This document shows, piece after piece, positions 51,452 to 64,000 of a stretch of DNA of 64,000 nucleotides; the first letter of the stretch is position 1; each line of letters starts with the position of its first letter. The DNA is from Octopus vulgaris. Lineage: Eukaryota. The notes under the pieces were generated by a model. That model ran no database searches, was not told where the DNA came from, and worked only from the letters and a program-made list of their open reading frames with translations. The stretch is from assembly GCA_951406725.2 (NCBI GenBank), contig OX597819.1, forward strand, positions 30,256,001 to 30,320,000, given 5' to 3'. The position numbers and the translations under genes are program-made.

Positions 51452-53125
51452 TTTTCTCTTTTCAACATATAACTTCACAACTTCCTCAATGCCCACCACA
51501 AAACATACATACAGCCTCATATGTATCATACTCACATTCCGCTACCATTCTCCAGACACTGTCATATAACTATTCCAGCCTGAGAGAAATCACCTAAAAA
51601 CCTGGCTTCCCAACAACAGACTTGAAGTAGCACTGACCAAATCTAATGTCCTGCTTCTTACCAGCAATACTAGAGAACATCAAATACAACCAATCAACAT
51701 ACTCAATTACAAACACACACACACACATATACATGCAGAAAGCAAAAATACAAAGAATAACAAAGCATTCCTTTACAACATTCACAACACAGAAACAGTA
51801 AAGAAGGGAAAATAGCACACAAGCATACTTTGAGCAATCACAAGTATCACATCTAGCCAACAAAAAGAAATAATTGTGTACAAAAAATACACTATATTCT
51901 TTATGGACTATGCCAGATTTGAGCCTCCAATCTCTCCGCAGTAAACTACAAAGGACACAAAACAGTGAACATAACAGGTTGTACACAAGTCACACCCAGA
52001 CTACTTACAAGACATAAAAACATGAAAGGCCACCTAAAGATGTAAAAGGAAGGCACAGTTTGTAGCTGCAGTAAGCTTCAACACAGGCAGTTCCTGTTAC
52101 AACATGAAAAACTTTTAACTTCTCTGTACATCGAGACCCATATACAACACTGCAGAGAATTACTACAACAACATCCTAGAAAAACTTCTCTCTGACTCAA
52201 CTCAGGCAAACAAAGAACATACACATAAAAACACCTCTGACATCAATAACTTCACTGGCCCCCAAACACTGTGTTGAGATACACACTTCACAGAGAAACA
52301 GCAGCTGTCGCACTCCAAATGAGTCCATTTGTTCACTGCTGCTGTGACCACTACCAGAATTTACAAGTGATCAGAAACAGATTAGACAGTGGAGAGAGCA
52401 TTTATATCCAGACTGTCATATTGCACCCAATATCCTTCATCATTGCATGTCAGTGCATGCAATTCAGACATCAGTTAGGTAGAGACATAGTACAAACTGA
52501 GAAGATAGATCTATGGGTTACTCCTTGTCATTCAGCACACTCTCTGCATGTGAAAATCTGCTAGACTGAGGCAGATTTGAATGTACACAACAATAAATGA
52601 TGTAATAGCACCTGCTTCTCTTCCTAGCACTTCTGCTTTTACTCATTTACTACATCTTTTAAGAATTTTGCCAAACTTTCTTCCTTAGGAAAACATGATT
52701 AAGAGGATACTTCTATAATAAGGAAGAACATTCTTGTTCATTTTTCCTTCAACAGTACAAGCTAAGCAATAACACACCTACTTCTTTACTTATTCCTAAA
52801 TCTATAACAGCTCTTGCCAAAGTATAGGCATTTCTTCCACAACCTTGTGAAAGTAATTATCTGCAATGCTTTTACTGTAATATATGTTCCTACTTCACCA
52901 CTTCTACAGTAGAAAAATACAATCATAAAGAAACCCATTGGCTACTTCTAATAAACAATTAACTCCAGCATCAACACTATCCATTATTAAACATAAGTAA
53001 AAAAAAAAAGTTACTTCTCTTTCCAGACAGCAACTCATTTCCTACAACTCAAACCAGATTTCACAAAGATTATAACAAAGACTCTACAACTCAAAGCAAA
53101 TTCCATGTTTGGTAATCTTACTTAC

Positions 53126-53354
53126 CCACAGATATATATATGTCCACCTGAACTCAATAATTTCCAAGTTTCTTCCCGATTGTCCATCAAAAGGTGTTGG
53201 ACGTAGACTTTTTTAGCAGTGTCTCTTGAGAAAGCCAAATGGAGTTTGGTCAAAGATTTCTGCTCAATAAAGTGATTTAGTTCTTCTTCATAAAGGAAGT
53301 CATTAGCTTTGTTTCGGCATCCATAATACAAAATAGTATCACCAACAACTTTAT
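53126..53354 (-). CDS. POR: POR exon (NADPH-binding domain), 229 bp
   Basis: AG/GT bounded; VGDTILYYGCR...DFLYEEEL...AFSRD..KKVYVQH...HIYICG. Confidence 0.95.
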
Positions 53355-54169
53355 CTGGAAAATTAGAAAATTAAACAACATCAGAATAAATTTTCTAAAA
53401 TCGCATAAATTATTTAACGTTAGACCTTTCGATGATATCTTGAGACCCAGAGAGTGTGTGTACCATTATATATATCAGTTTGAGTTGGTTCTTATTCAAA
53501 GTTATTGTCCTCCTGGGTATGCTCCGGAAACTGAGGCTTACTCGTTCATTTCTGTTTTGGTATGGTTTCTATGGCATGCCCTTCCTAAGACTAACCACTT
53601 TACATAGTGTACTGGATACATTTTACCATTGCTACAGTATCAGAGAAGATTTCATGTTCTAAACAAAACAAACTTCAATTACAATAGCCTATCACAACAT
53701 AAAACAAACCACCTACTAGCATCCACACATATACAACACTGCAGTTAACAACTACATAATTACACAATGTATTTGTGCACTTGTGCTTGTGTGTGTGTGT
53801 GTGTGCCATTGAAAACATGGAGACAGTCCACATTACTCGCTTGAAAAGCCTAAACTAAATTTATCACATTTGTATGCAATGCTAAATGGAAGGAAATTCA
53901 GAATGAGCTACTATCTAGACAAATGTTCATTCACAGACATAATGACACACCAAGCTTCTTTCACTTAAAATTATTAAAACCAGTGAATTTAATAACAAAA
54001 ATCAAAATTTAGGGATCAGTAACATGCCACATGCACACTATTGAATGGTAAAAACAAAACAAAAAGTGAGGGACCACCTCATGCTCGCATTTTGATTTAA
54101 CTGATTAACAGAATACAAGTTAATCCATTTAATTCTGTTATCACCACTAAATTTTCAGACCCTAACTCA

Positions 54170-54660
54170 GGCAAACATGTGATGTATATGGACAAGGACA
54201 GCTGTGTAAAAAAGTGCTGATCTCTGTGGAGGGAGACCCGGAAGACATGGGACAAGGTGGTGAAGCATGATCTTCAAATTTTGGGTCTCACAGAGGTGAT
54301 GACAAGTCATCAAGGCCTTTGGCAGTTTGCTGTGCTTGAGAAGACTAGTCAAGCCAAGTGAAATCATAGTTGTAGCCTGTGTCAGTGAGATGTAGACGCA
54401 CCCGCACTGGTGATGCGTAACACACAGAGTGACACACAGAGGTACCTGTGCTGGTAACATGTAAAAGCACCTATGGCAATGACATGTTGAAGACACCCAT
54501 TACACTCTTGGAGTGGTTGGCATTAAAAAGGGGGCATCCAGCCATAGAAACCAAGCCAAAATCAGACCTGGTACAGCTGTCTGGCTTACCAGTTTCAGTT
54601 AAAGTGTCTAACCCATGCCAGCATAGAAAATAAGGCTAAATGATGATGATGATGATGGTG
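54170..54660 (+). mobile_element. RTE-like LINE 3' end remnant
   Basis: Frameshifted GRP.KTW-like motif and a (GAT)n tail. Confidence 0.5.
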
Positions 54661-55060
54661 AATTGGACAAAATGAAATAAAAGATGGTATAGCGCCTTAC
54701 TGCACTTCCAAGACTAAAATTTGTAATGTTCATATTGGGCTATCTTTTACTCATTTCAGTAACTGGACTGCAGTCTTGCTGGGGTACCACCTGGAAGTGT
54801 CTAGTTGAACACATCAACTCTAGTACATACTTTAAAGTCTGGTACTTATTCTATTGCTTCCCTTTGCCAAACTCATAAGCTACAAGGACATAAACAAAGA
54901 AACAAACAAACACCAGCTGTCAAGTTGTGGCAACAGGAAGAAGCAAAAAGAAACACACACACATGTATTATATATATATATATCTCTCCTTATATATACA
55001 TATATCTACATCTATCTATCTATATCTATCTCTCTCTATATATATATACATATATCAATA

Positions 55061-55694
55061 TCTATGTATGTATGTATATATATATATATATAATATAATT
55101 CTGCATTTTTACAGTTACACTTTTTCCATGACAGAAGATAAATTTTTTATTCCACAACACATTTGTTGTGGCTTCATGCAGGCATAGCATGGAATCAATC
55201 CTTGATTGCCAAATTTCACTTAACACTTTAACAGCACTTTTCTCACAGTAAAACAATAGTTTTTCTGTGAATGACAGCAGTTATACATTTCCCAGATGCC
55301 TTCGCAAAGCAGAATAATGTCTTTGCCACTTGACCCTTCTAACCTCTTCTACGCCACCAGGGGCTGGAATGGAGATAACAGACCTCCAACGAAATCATTT
55401 GTTCTCAACATTATGTCTATCTTTTTGGTCGCTTTTCGATAGTTATAAAAGCAAGAACTCCGTAAGCTAAAAGCAGTTACTGAGAGCGACCCTCAGTGAG
55501 TGTGAACGTTACTATTGCACTCTTCACAACCTCCAACAATCTTTCTCTCCTCCAGCTGAGAAATTTTTGTACTTTTTCACGACAGAAAATACACCCTTTG
55601 GGGCAGTTATAACGAAATTGCTTTCTTATATCAGAGTAATAAGGCGTTTCAATAGAACATCTTTAACCCCAGGAATTACCGGGTACGCCAGCTA

Positions 55695-55695
<1 letters not shown>
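55061..55695 (+). mobile_element. Probable second non-autonomous Helitron family
   Basis: 3' end CCCAGGAATTACCGGG hairpin then CTAG|T; the 5' A|TC at 55061 is tentative. Confidence 0.5.
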
Positions 55696-55735
<40 letters not shown>

Positions 55736-55859
55736 CATACATACATACACATATATACATGTATAAACATATATATACATACATACACATATATAAACAT
55801 ATATATATACATACATACACATATATAAACATATATATATATATTTATATATATATATA

Positions 55860-56460
55860 CAAACCATAAGATCATTTGCATCGCAGAACTCCAGCAGTCT
55901 GGTTCCCTCCTCATTGCAGGAACCAAAACCACAGCCTCCATGTACGCCATGGAAGACCCCTGCATGTTGTCCAACATGCCCATTGAAGTCACCAGCCACA
56001 AAGAGAAGGTCCCTGTCATTCATTAATGAGGTAGTCTGCAAGAGGGTGTTATAAAATCGGTCTTTCTGTCCATCAGGTAGCCCCGGCCGAGGGGCATAAG
56101 CCAAGATAATGGTTGCTAATCCATGATGTAGCACTAATCTAATCGTAAGTGTTCTATCACATACTCTGAATACCTCGATTACCTTATCAACCCATTTTTC
56201 CACAAGAAGTATACCCACTCCCTTGACCATATCAGTGTTCCCTGCCAAGAAAATCTTGTACCTGTGTACTATGCCTGTGAGGAATCTAGCGGAACCTCCT
56301 CTCCACCTTACTTCTTGGATGCAGCACAAATCTACACGTCTCTGTTCAAGCATCTCAACAATCTCACCAGACCTAACTTTCAGTGTGCCCACATTGAGTG
56401 TGCCAACCCTGAGTGTGTGGGAGGTGTGGGCCCGTGGGATCCTGGGATGGGGGACATGAG
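55860..56460 (-). mobile_element. RTE-clade LINE APE endonuclease fragment (intronic)
   Basis: LRVGTLNVGTL...VDLCCIQEVRW...GVGILL...AYAP...AGDFNGHVG...LLEFC. Confidence 0.85.
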
Positions 56461-56988
56461 CATCATGTACCTGAAAAGAAAGCTCACATTTGGCAGAATT
56501 CATAAACAAACAATAGCCTTCAAACTGCATACACTACACCATTTTTATGTGCTATATGATCACTACCTTACATAGGAGATAAACCCTATGTAGGGGTGGG
56601 GATGGCATTTTATTTATATATATACATAATGAATAGTATCTCTCAACAGAACGGAGGTATCTAGTTTTTGGATGATCCTGATGGTAGTGGGAAAACTTTC
56701 TCTTAAATTTGTTACTAGACAAGGTCCACAAGCAAAATAAACCCAGAACAGACATCAGTACGATATATGTTACTGCAAACCATTTTAGAAAGGGCAGTGA
56801 AAAGTTAGTTAAAAGGAATCAAAGAAGTTGATCAAAATTTAGAACAAGACAAACATTAAATAGAAAAGAAAAAAAACAACAGAAAGATGATGCTAACCAA
56901 AGTAACATGTAGCATAGCATTGTTGTAGGATTTGGTATGTATTTAATAAATATTCCAAAGCTGAATGTGAAAGAGGAAAACAACATAC

Positions 56989-57253
56989 CTTGACTTTTGA
57001 GGAAATCTCGTTCTTGAATGAAAGCTCTAAATGGTGCCACACCTGTACCAGGACCAATCATAAGAATATCTGTGGATGGTTTAAATGGTAAATGAAACTG
57101 TGATTTGCGTACATAGATTGGCACTCGAGGACAATCGCCATTGGATGATTTCTTCAGACTAAGGAACCCAGTGGTGACACCCTGTATTTTTCGACCATCT
57201 CTTGTAACATAATCAATGAGAATAGCAGTAATATGAATCCTGTCTGGATGGAC
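56989..57253 (-). CDS. POR: POR exon, 265 bp
   Basis: VHPDRIHITA...VPIYVRKSQFHLP...MIGPGTGVAPFRAFIQER; AG/GT bounded. Confidence 0.95.
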
Positions 57254-58693
57254 CTGAAGACACAATCACAATTATAATAAATAATAATAATAATGTAATA
57301 CAAATAAATAATGAAGGCTTTGAAGCTAAATAATGCAGTATTTTTTTTTGTGCTTTTTAACAGTTTAATGAGAAGAGGAGCAGCAATGCTCATGATCTTT
57401 TCCAGGGTTTCTGTGACTGCCAGAAGTAGAGAAGTTATCCAGAGTCCAGAGACCTGGCTTAAATGCATATGAAGTGGATTCTACTAAAGGTGTGCAAAGG
57501 TCAAGTGATTGAGTCATCATCTCTATTATTGGCATTTTAAAACTAGCGAGGAAGCCTTTCACCGACTGCTGAAACTACAGAAAATAGGAGTCAAATTTCT
57601 CCAAATTCAACCTTGAAAAACGAGAGACACATTGGAGAATGTAGTCTTAGATATGCAATGCATGACAGCACAGGTGGTCATGGTTGGATTGCCTTTTACC
57701 ATATGTTGCTAACAATTTAAAATAGATTATACGCATAATAGTAATGTTCAGGAGAGAGTATTGGCAGAATCATCAAACAAATGGGATTAATAGGAAGCAC
57801 TGATATAACATCATCATCATCATTTAACATCCATTTTCCATGCTGGTATGGGTTAGACAGTTTGACTGGAAATGGTAAATAGGTTACCATGTGACAGCAG
57901 CCAAACTGTGGCAGAATGGTAAGTTAACATAGTGTGTGATATCTTATAATAGCTATAGCAGAATATTTTATATAAAGTATTGAATGCAACATTTCCACAT
58001 TAGTGATGAAAATATTCAATGTATGCTATCCCAAGACATTATGGTACCCCACTTGCCAAACCCCATCATGAAGAATGACTGTCAGCTAAACATTCCTCTC
58101 TCCCTACACAAAGAAGGGCCTCATTTTCCACTGCTCAAAATAAATGAGTAAACTCCACCCCTACCTCTCTCTCTCTCTCTCATAACTCTACACACGTACA
58201 TGACTAAAACAACCTTTATGTCACATCAAACCACCAACCCTTAAATAGGAAGCAAAGGTTCTCCACTTTTCCCTATATTGCATAGGCAACTACGTTCTCA
58301 CTGCCTCTTCCTCCTCCACCTAACACCTTATAGAGATGAGGTTTCTCAAAGATGGCAACCTTCCTAAGAAGTTAAGCACTCTAAGCAAAGTGGTTTGTGT
58401 TAAAAAAGACACAAACTGTAAAAACAAGGCCAAAAAGGAACAGACAAAGACAATATAAGGATGGAAAATCATGGTGAGTTGTGAGAAGTTTTGAGACCCA
58501 TCAATCCCATGCCAGAAGGTAAAAGCAAATAAATGATCATAAAAGATTTGTATGTTACTACAATGTACAAAGTACATGTACTAACCAATGTATATCAATA
58601 GGAAATACTAATTAATTGCCATTAATTTACTAAATCTAGCATAACTAACGACAATGACTTAAACAACTGTAATTGGGAAAAAAAATTACTTAC

Positions 58694-58843
58694 TTTAGGA
58701 GATGATGAAATGGAATAGTAACGAGCTTGCAGACGAGGTAACAACTCACAAAGATGATCAAGGGGTGGTTTGACTGAGGACAGGTCTTCCAAAATAGCTA
58801 TGATATTTCGATGATCTTTTATTACCCATTCACTGTATAATTG
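58694..58843 (-). CDS. POR: POR exon (FAD-binding RYYSIS), 150 bp
   Basis: QLYSEWVIKDHRNIIAILEDL...HLCELLPRLQARYYSISSSPK; absent from the ORF track. Confidence 0.95.
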
Positions 58844-59894
58844 CTGAAATAAAGTAAATATTACACAGGCAGATATAGAATCAAGAAAATAAATCGTGAT
58901 GATACATCGGATGAATTTAAACTCAGAACAAAGAAATTAAGAAAATAAAATGTGCAGTTATGGCTGAGTGAAAGAAAAGATTATTTCATAACTATTAACT
59001 CTATAATTCCGAGATCAATCCTACTGCATGACTCATAGAAGAAATGTCTACTACAGCCTCAAATTGACCAATGCCTCGAGAGTGCAATTCAGAAGAAGGA
59101 AAAGGAAACTGTACAGAAGAGTCATGCACATGTATGTGCATATATTACAGAAGATAGACACATACATGTGCATATATATATATATGCATATATATATTTT
59201 TTTTTTTTTTCTTGTTTGGATTAACTATATATATATATATATATGAGAAATATTGAATTTCTAAATGTCTCAGAGAGACAAAGTGGTGGTAGAGCGATAT
59301 AGTGGTCGTATACTGTCAACTCAATGTGACAGTCCCGTAAGGGAATTACACCACTGCCATTTAGCCCTAGGAAACATTGACGTCTCCTGTCAGCTTTGAC
59401 ACATTTTCTGTGTCCTTATATTTGCAAAGGGGAGGCAATCGACCCCGCCAGCTGGGACTAAGCACCTGAAGACCTATGTTTCTGAGTCTATTGCTCGTCG
59501 TCAGTTCAGGGTAGCTTGTCTCGCTCGCTAAGATGACTGCAATCCCTTCGCAAATATATCATATTATCAGTAAAATTTATTTACTGATCACCGAAATTAG
59601 AAATATTACCATGGATTTAGTATCATTAATGGATTGTTTCTTGTTGTTAAATTTAATTGGAGCACTAAATAGTTTTCTTGTCCAAGTAAGCACAAGCTTT
59701 GTTTTAGGAAGGAAATGAGAACTTCAGAAGTCATAACTTTCACATACAGCAGGGGGTGATGTAAGAAATAAAATGAAATAATCCTAAAAGAAATTGATTC
59801 CGAATTGCAGACATGGCTCACCAGACACTTATTCTCCCTAAGAACTTATAAACAGATGCAAGTCAGAGAATTAAGTCACATTACTAAACCATAC

Positions 59895-60076
59895 CTTTCC
59901 TTCAGGTGTAGTTGAACTTATTTTTTCCAGAAATTCTTTATCTTTGGGGTCTTTAGCATATTCCACAAGTTCTTTGAGGACATGAGTTCTTACTGGATTC
60001 ATAATGTCAACATAGTGTAACAATGCAATACGATAGGTGGTTGGACAAGGGAAAGGGTGTTTTTTGTTGGACTCAG
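59895..60076 (-). CDS. POR: POR exon, 182 bp
   Basis: ESNKKHPFPCPTTYRIALLHYVDI...EGK; AG/GT bounded. Confidence 0.95.
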
Positions 60077-60906
60077 CTGGAAGAGACATTGGAAAGAAAA
60101 ATCAGGAGTACAGAAATGGCAATTAATAGAAATTCAAAACCAAAAGTGGAACCAAGATTAATCAAGACAAAGATTTATAAAAATCAAATTTTGCATGTTT
60201 ATAACAGTATGAGAAGAAATAGCAGCACCCACAACCATTTCCAGGGTAGTTGAGAATAGTGGCAGGAAGGAAGAAAGGAAGTTATCCTCGGACAAAAGTC
60301 CTAACCCTGAAAGCTTGCAAGAGAGTGGACTCTGCCAAAAAATATAACAAAGGCCAGGTGGTGCTTTTAACCTGGACAAGGGATTAGGTCTATCAGATCA
60401 ATCCTTTTTATATCAGAAAAAGAAATAAAATGGCCTTACATGTATATCAGTGACACTGATATATGAGAAGTTATTGGATACTTGTTGAGAAGTTAACTGA
60501 TACTCAATAAATTCAAATCTTTGCTGTCAAGACCAAGAGCAATCTTGTTGCACTGATAATTTAATTTCTTCTTGAAATGATTCAATGAAATAAAAGTATT
60601 TTCTCTAAACTATCAGCAACGTATTTAGTACAAAAAACAAAAAATAGCGTTATGATCAACATAAATTCTAGTATGAAATCTTCCATCAACTTACAGTTAT
60701 TTTCGGTACCAATAAGTAATATTCTATTTCATATAATGAGTTCAAATCAGTATAAAAACATAAACTGAATATATTTATTCATTCCAGCATAAAACATATG
60801 AATATATTTACCCATTCAAAAATATAATCACCATCATCAGCGATAACATTTTCCCACCTTGAAACCAGTCTTCTGATTCTTCAAACACAAAAATCAGGTT
60901 CTTTAA

Positions 60907-61127
60907 CCCTTTCATTACTGTATTTATTTTGAGATTCTCTGTTTTTCTCTCAATTATTTTAAATATAACAAAGAATTTAGTAAAATAACTTAGTTATCAA
61001 TACGTTAGTGTTAGGAACATTAATTGTGACTAAGGTTTGGTGAAAGATTTTAATTCAAAACTTATGAAAACAAGACATTTGTACTACATAGCCAGGGCAG
61101 GTTTCAGCCGGGTTAGTAACGAAAGGG
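60907..61127. mobile_element. piggyBac-type MITE, second copy
   Basis: TTAA TSDs and CCCTTTC termini; inverse of 48897-49117. Confidence 0.88.
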
Positions 61128-61590
61128 TTAAACGACAAAAATGTTTGGAGTGCTATTTCAATGTTATCCCTGCTTTGGAATGTTTTTCCACTGATAAAGT
61201 GTTTGAGTGATCTGAATAAGTGAGAATCTGATGGTACTAGGTCCGAAGAGGAGGGAGGATGAGGCAGAGCTTCCTAGCCTAATGAATTTATCTTTTCTTA
61301 GGTTATCTTGACTGAATGTAGTCTTGACTCTCAGGGAACAGCTCATGAAGTAACCACTTTCCTTCCCTATACAATTTTTTAATCTGCTTCAGATTATTTT
61401 GCACAGTGGTCAAAGTTTAAGCTTCTGACATATGTCCCTGATACTTTGAGATATATCCCCTTGTGGTATAAGGTCAGATAATTTGCTTGAAAATACAACA
61501 TTACTTTCCAATACCCCTAACTTATATTTATTTATAAAACATTCTTTTTAATAACAGAATTAAAATTTAATATATATTAGAAAAGTTTAC

Positions 61591-61709
61591 CTTCCACATT
61601 TGTTAAAGTGATGATAGTATCAAGATTGGTTTCCAGAAGCTCACCAATCTTTGAAACAAGTTCTGGATTATTGGTTGGATAGACAGCAACATGATCCCCT
61701 GATTCATAT
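61591..61709 (-). CDS. POR: POR exon, 119 bp
   Basis: YESGDHVAVYPTNNPELVSKIGELL...; AG/GT bounded; phases match the neighbouring exons. Confidence 0.95.
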
Positions 61710-62677
61710 CTATTCAATAGAAAACACATTTCAGAAATGACAGAGAGAGAGAGAGAGAGAGAAAATTAAACAAAACAAAATGACAAAAAATGCAAAATGT
61801 TATTAAACGTAAAAGTAAAAGAAATTCTAAGAAAAATAGCAATATATAGTTTTGATTTGTTTCCCTAGAGACAAGGCCAATCTTTGTATGACTACAGGTA
61901 TTTTAAATACAAAACATCTCAATGCTTCATGATTTCTTATATGGACATAGGACCAGAAATTTACAGACAAAAATCTTGCCATTTTTTCTGGTTTTTAATT
62001 AACCATGACTGAATGAAAGATAAAAATCGTTCCCTGCAGTGTGTGAACTCTCAATGTAAAGCTATGTAATTAAATATTGCAAAGTATTTGTCTGGCAAAC
62101 TCACAATTCTGCCATATGTTCTTATTTTAATATCTCACAATGATTTTAAGTTTCCTGGCTTTGAGCAAAAAAAAAATATATAAGAGGATCATTTAATTGT
62201 GATTTTATTCAACATATTCCTCTCTCAGATTTACACAATTATTGCAGTGGTCCTTCAGTTTTTCTAGGCCCTGTAAAAGAACTCGGAAGGTTGGGCCTTT
62301 CACAATACCCTTAAGACCAGGAACTTTTCAGCACCCTCTCATACTTTATGCAGATAAATCTCTTCTGGACACTGATGATCCAGAACTTTTAACAATCCAT
62401 ACTAATCTACATGCAAAAACTTCAAATTCCTACGATCACTAGATTAATATACTGAGTTTCACAGTACCTTGCACAGTAAATTAATAAACTTGTATAATAT
62501 ATAATAATGTATAGGTACCAGTATTTCATTTAATAGGAAATCAGTTGGATATAATTTGCTGAAGGCTTATTACAGTATCAGTGCTAATGCACATTATAAA
62601 TACACAATAAACTTATAGATGCACATACACAAGCTCAAAAACATTGCACATAATGTCATTATTTTGTATAGACTCAC

Positions 62678-62794
62678 CTTATCTTTGACCCACTAATATC
62701 AAATTCAATGTGCATACATGAACGGTCTGTATTTTTGAATAATTCTTTGTTGACAACAACTGGAGCCAGGAATGGGTTTTTAGCATCATAAGGA
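62678..62794 (-). CDS. POR: POR exon, 117 bp (first one inside the window)
   Basis: PYDAKNPFLAPVVVNKELFKNTDRSCMHIEFDISGSKIR; cag|...|gtgagt. Confidence 0.95.
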
Positions 62795-63379
62795 CTGGTA
62801 AAGAAAAATTTAATGTAGAAATAAAATGTATAATTTAGTGCAATAATATATATTTTTTTTATAATTTAACTCATATACATGTGATATTGCATGGAATGAA
62901 CTGTTTTACTTTTCTTATCCAGAGATAACCTAGCAATGACTAAAAACTGATCATAATCCATATATACTTGAGTAGACACCTGTTACCATATTCAACAGTC
63001 CATAGAAAGGTTAATTAAACTCAACCTTGCAAGCTGTTGACAAGTAGCCTGCTAATTAGCTATTACAAGATAGCTATCGTTAGCAAAAGTACAGCACAAC
63101 TAGGTGAACCAATATGAATTATCAACATTTAGATCCAAAGACGAACAGCAAAGTATAAACTGAACCAACTTTAACTCTCATAATAATACACCATAATTGC
63201 TATTTCTTCTTTATGTGCCATGCCTACTAGCATCAGCAATTGCAGACCTTCAAAACATCCTGTCTTGCATACATGATAGTGTGTTACTTAGAAAGGTCTT
63301 TCTGCAGCTGGCTGGTAAAGTCACCTAATAATAATCTTCTGGTTAAAAAAAAAAAAAAAAAAAAAGTAAATATTCTCTA

Positions 63380-63780
63380 TAGGCGCAGGAGTGGCTGTGT
63401 GGTAAGAAGCTTGCTAACCAACCACATGGTTTCGGGTTCAGTCCCACTGCGTGGCATCTTGGGCTAGTGTCTTCTGCTATAGCCCCGGGCCGACCAATGC
63501 CTTGTGAGTGGATTTGGTAGATGGAAACTGAAAGAAGCCTGTCGTATATATGTATATATATGTATATGTATGCGTGTGTTTGTCCCCCTAGCATTGCTTG
63601 ACAACCGATGCTGGTGTGTTTACGTCCCCGTCACTTAGCGGTTCGGCAAAAGAGACCGATAGAATAAGTACTGGGCTTACAAAGAATAAGACCCGGGGTC
63701 GATTTGCTCGACTAAAGGCGGTGCTCCAGCATGGCCGCAGTCAAATGACTGAAACAAGTAAAGAGTAAAAGATAAAGAGT
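63380..63780 (+). mobile_element. tRNA-derived SINE family B, full length, with an internal microsatellite
   Basis: Head TGGCTGTGTGGTAAG...GGTTCAGTCCC, internal (TA/TG)n, tail GACTGAAACAAGTAAAAGAGTAAAAGA; several partial copies elsewhere in the window. Confidence 0.85.
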
Positions 63781-64000
63781 ATTTACTAGTTTCAGTTAAT
63801 GGACCATGCCCTGATGGGACATCACTGCCAAGATAACCATTTTACCAAATGTATTTTATCAAGTGAATAAGTTTTACCAGATTTTCATCTATTTTAGAGA
63901 TTCAACTTCCCTCTTTTTCTGGACATAAATACAACAGAGTATTTACTGACATGCAAATTTCTGTTTCAGCACTTGTGCCTCCTAACCTCTACACACACAG

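Noticed and set aside
51480-52600. A/C-rich stretch resembling a decayed LINE
   Set aside because: Too degenerate to assign motifs with confidence.
55676-56530. 284-aa ORF co-oriented with POR as a possible POR exon or host gene
   Set aside because: It is an RTE endonuclease fragment running into a microsatellite; the flanking POR exons splice in phase without it.

Overview
AT-rich, microsatellite- and transposon-dense animal genomic DNA, most likely octopus (inferred from the SINE families and repeat landscape as I recall them; not verified). Host genes: (1) a tandem cluster of four + strand rhodopsin-family (class A) GPCR genes with intronless ORFs at 3.1, 17.7, 26.6 and 28.7 kb; (2) the last seven coding exons of NADPH-cytochrome P450 reductase (POR) on the - strand (62794 to 49539), with the 5' part outside the window. 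The rest is mobile DNA: at least three tRNA-like SINE families, non-autonomous Helitrons, piggyBac-, mariner- and Merlin-like MITEs, a Penelope-like (GIY-YIG) element with ~1 kb inverted repeats, and R4/Dong-, L1/Tx1-, RTE- and CRE-like LINE remnants. Most notable observations: a full-length 5S rRNA fused to a SINE and bracketed by one target-site duplication; a hammerhead-ribozyme-like motif with a non-canonical (U3-A8, C13) core in both Penelope repeats; a conserved upstream ORF (MWKVNI...) before three GPCR paralogs; a SINE 3' tail matching an L1/Tx1-like LINE 3' end; and SINE concatemers sharing one palindromic junction. All of this is read by eye, and boundaries of degraded repeats are approximate.
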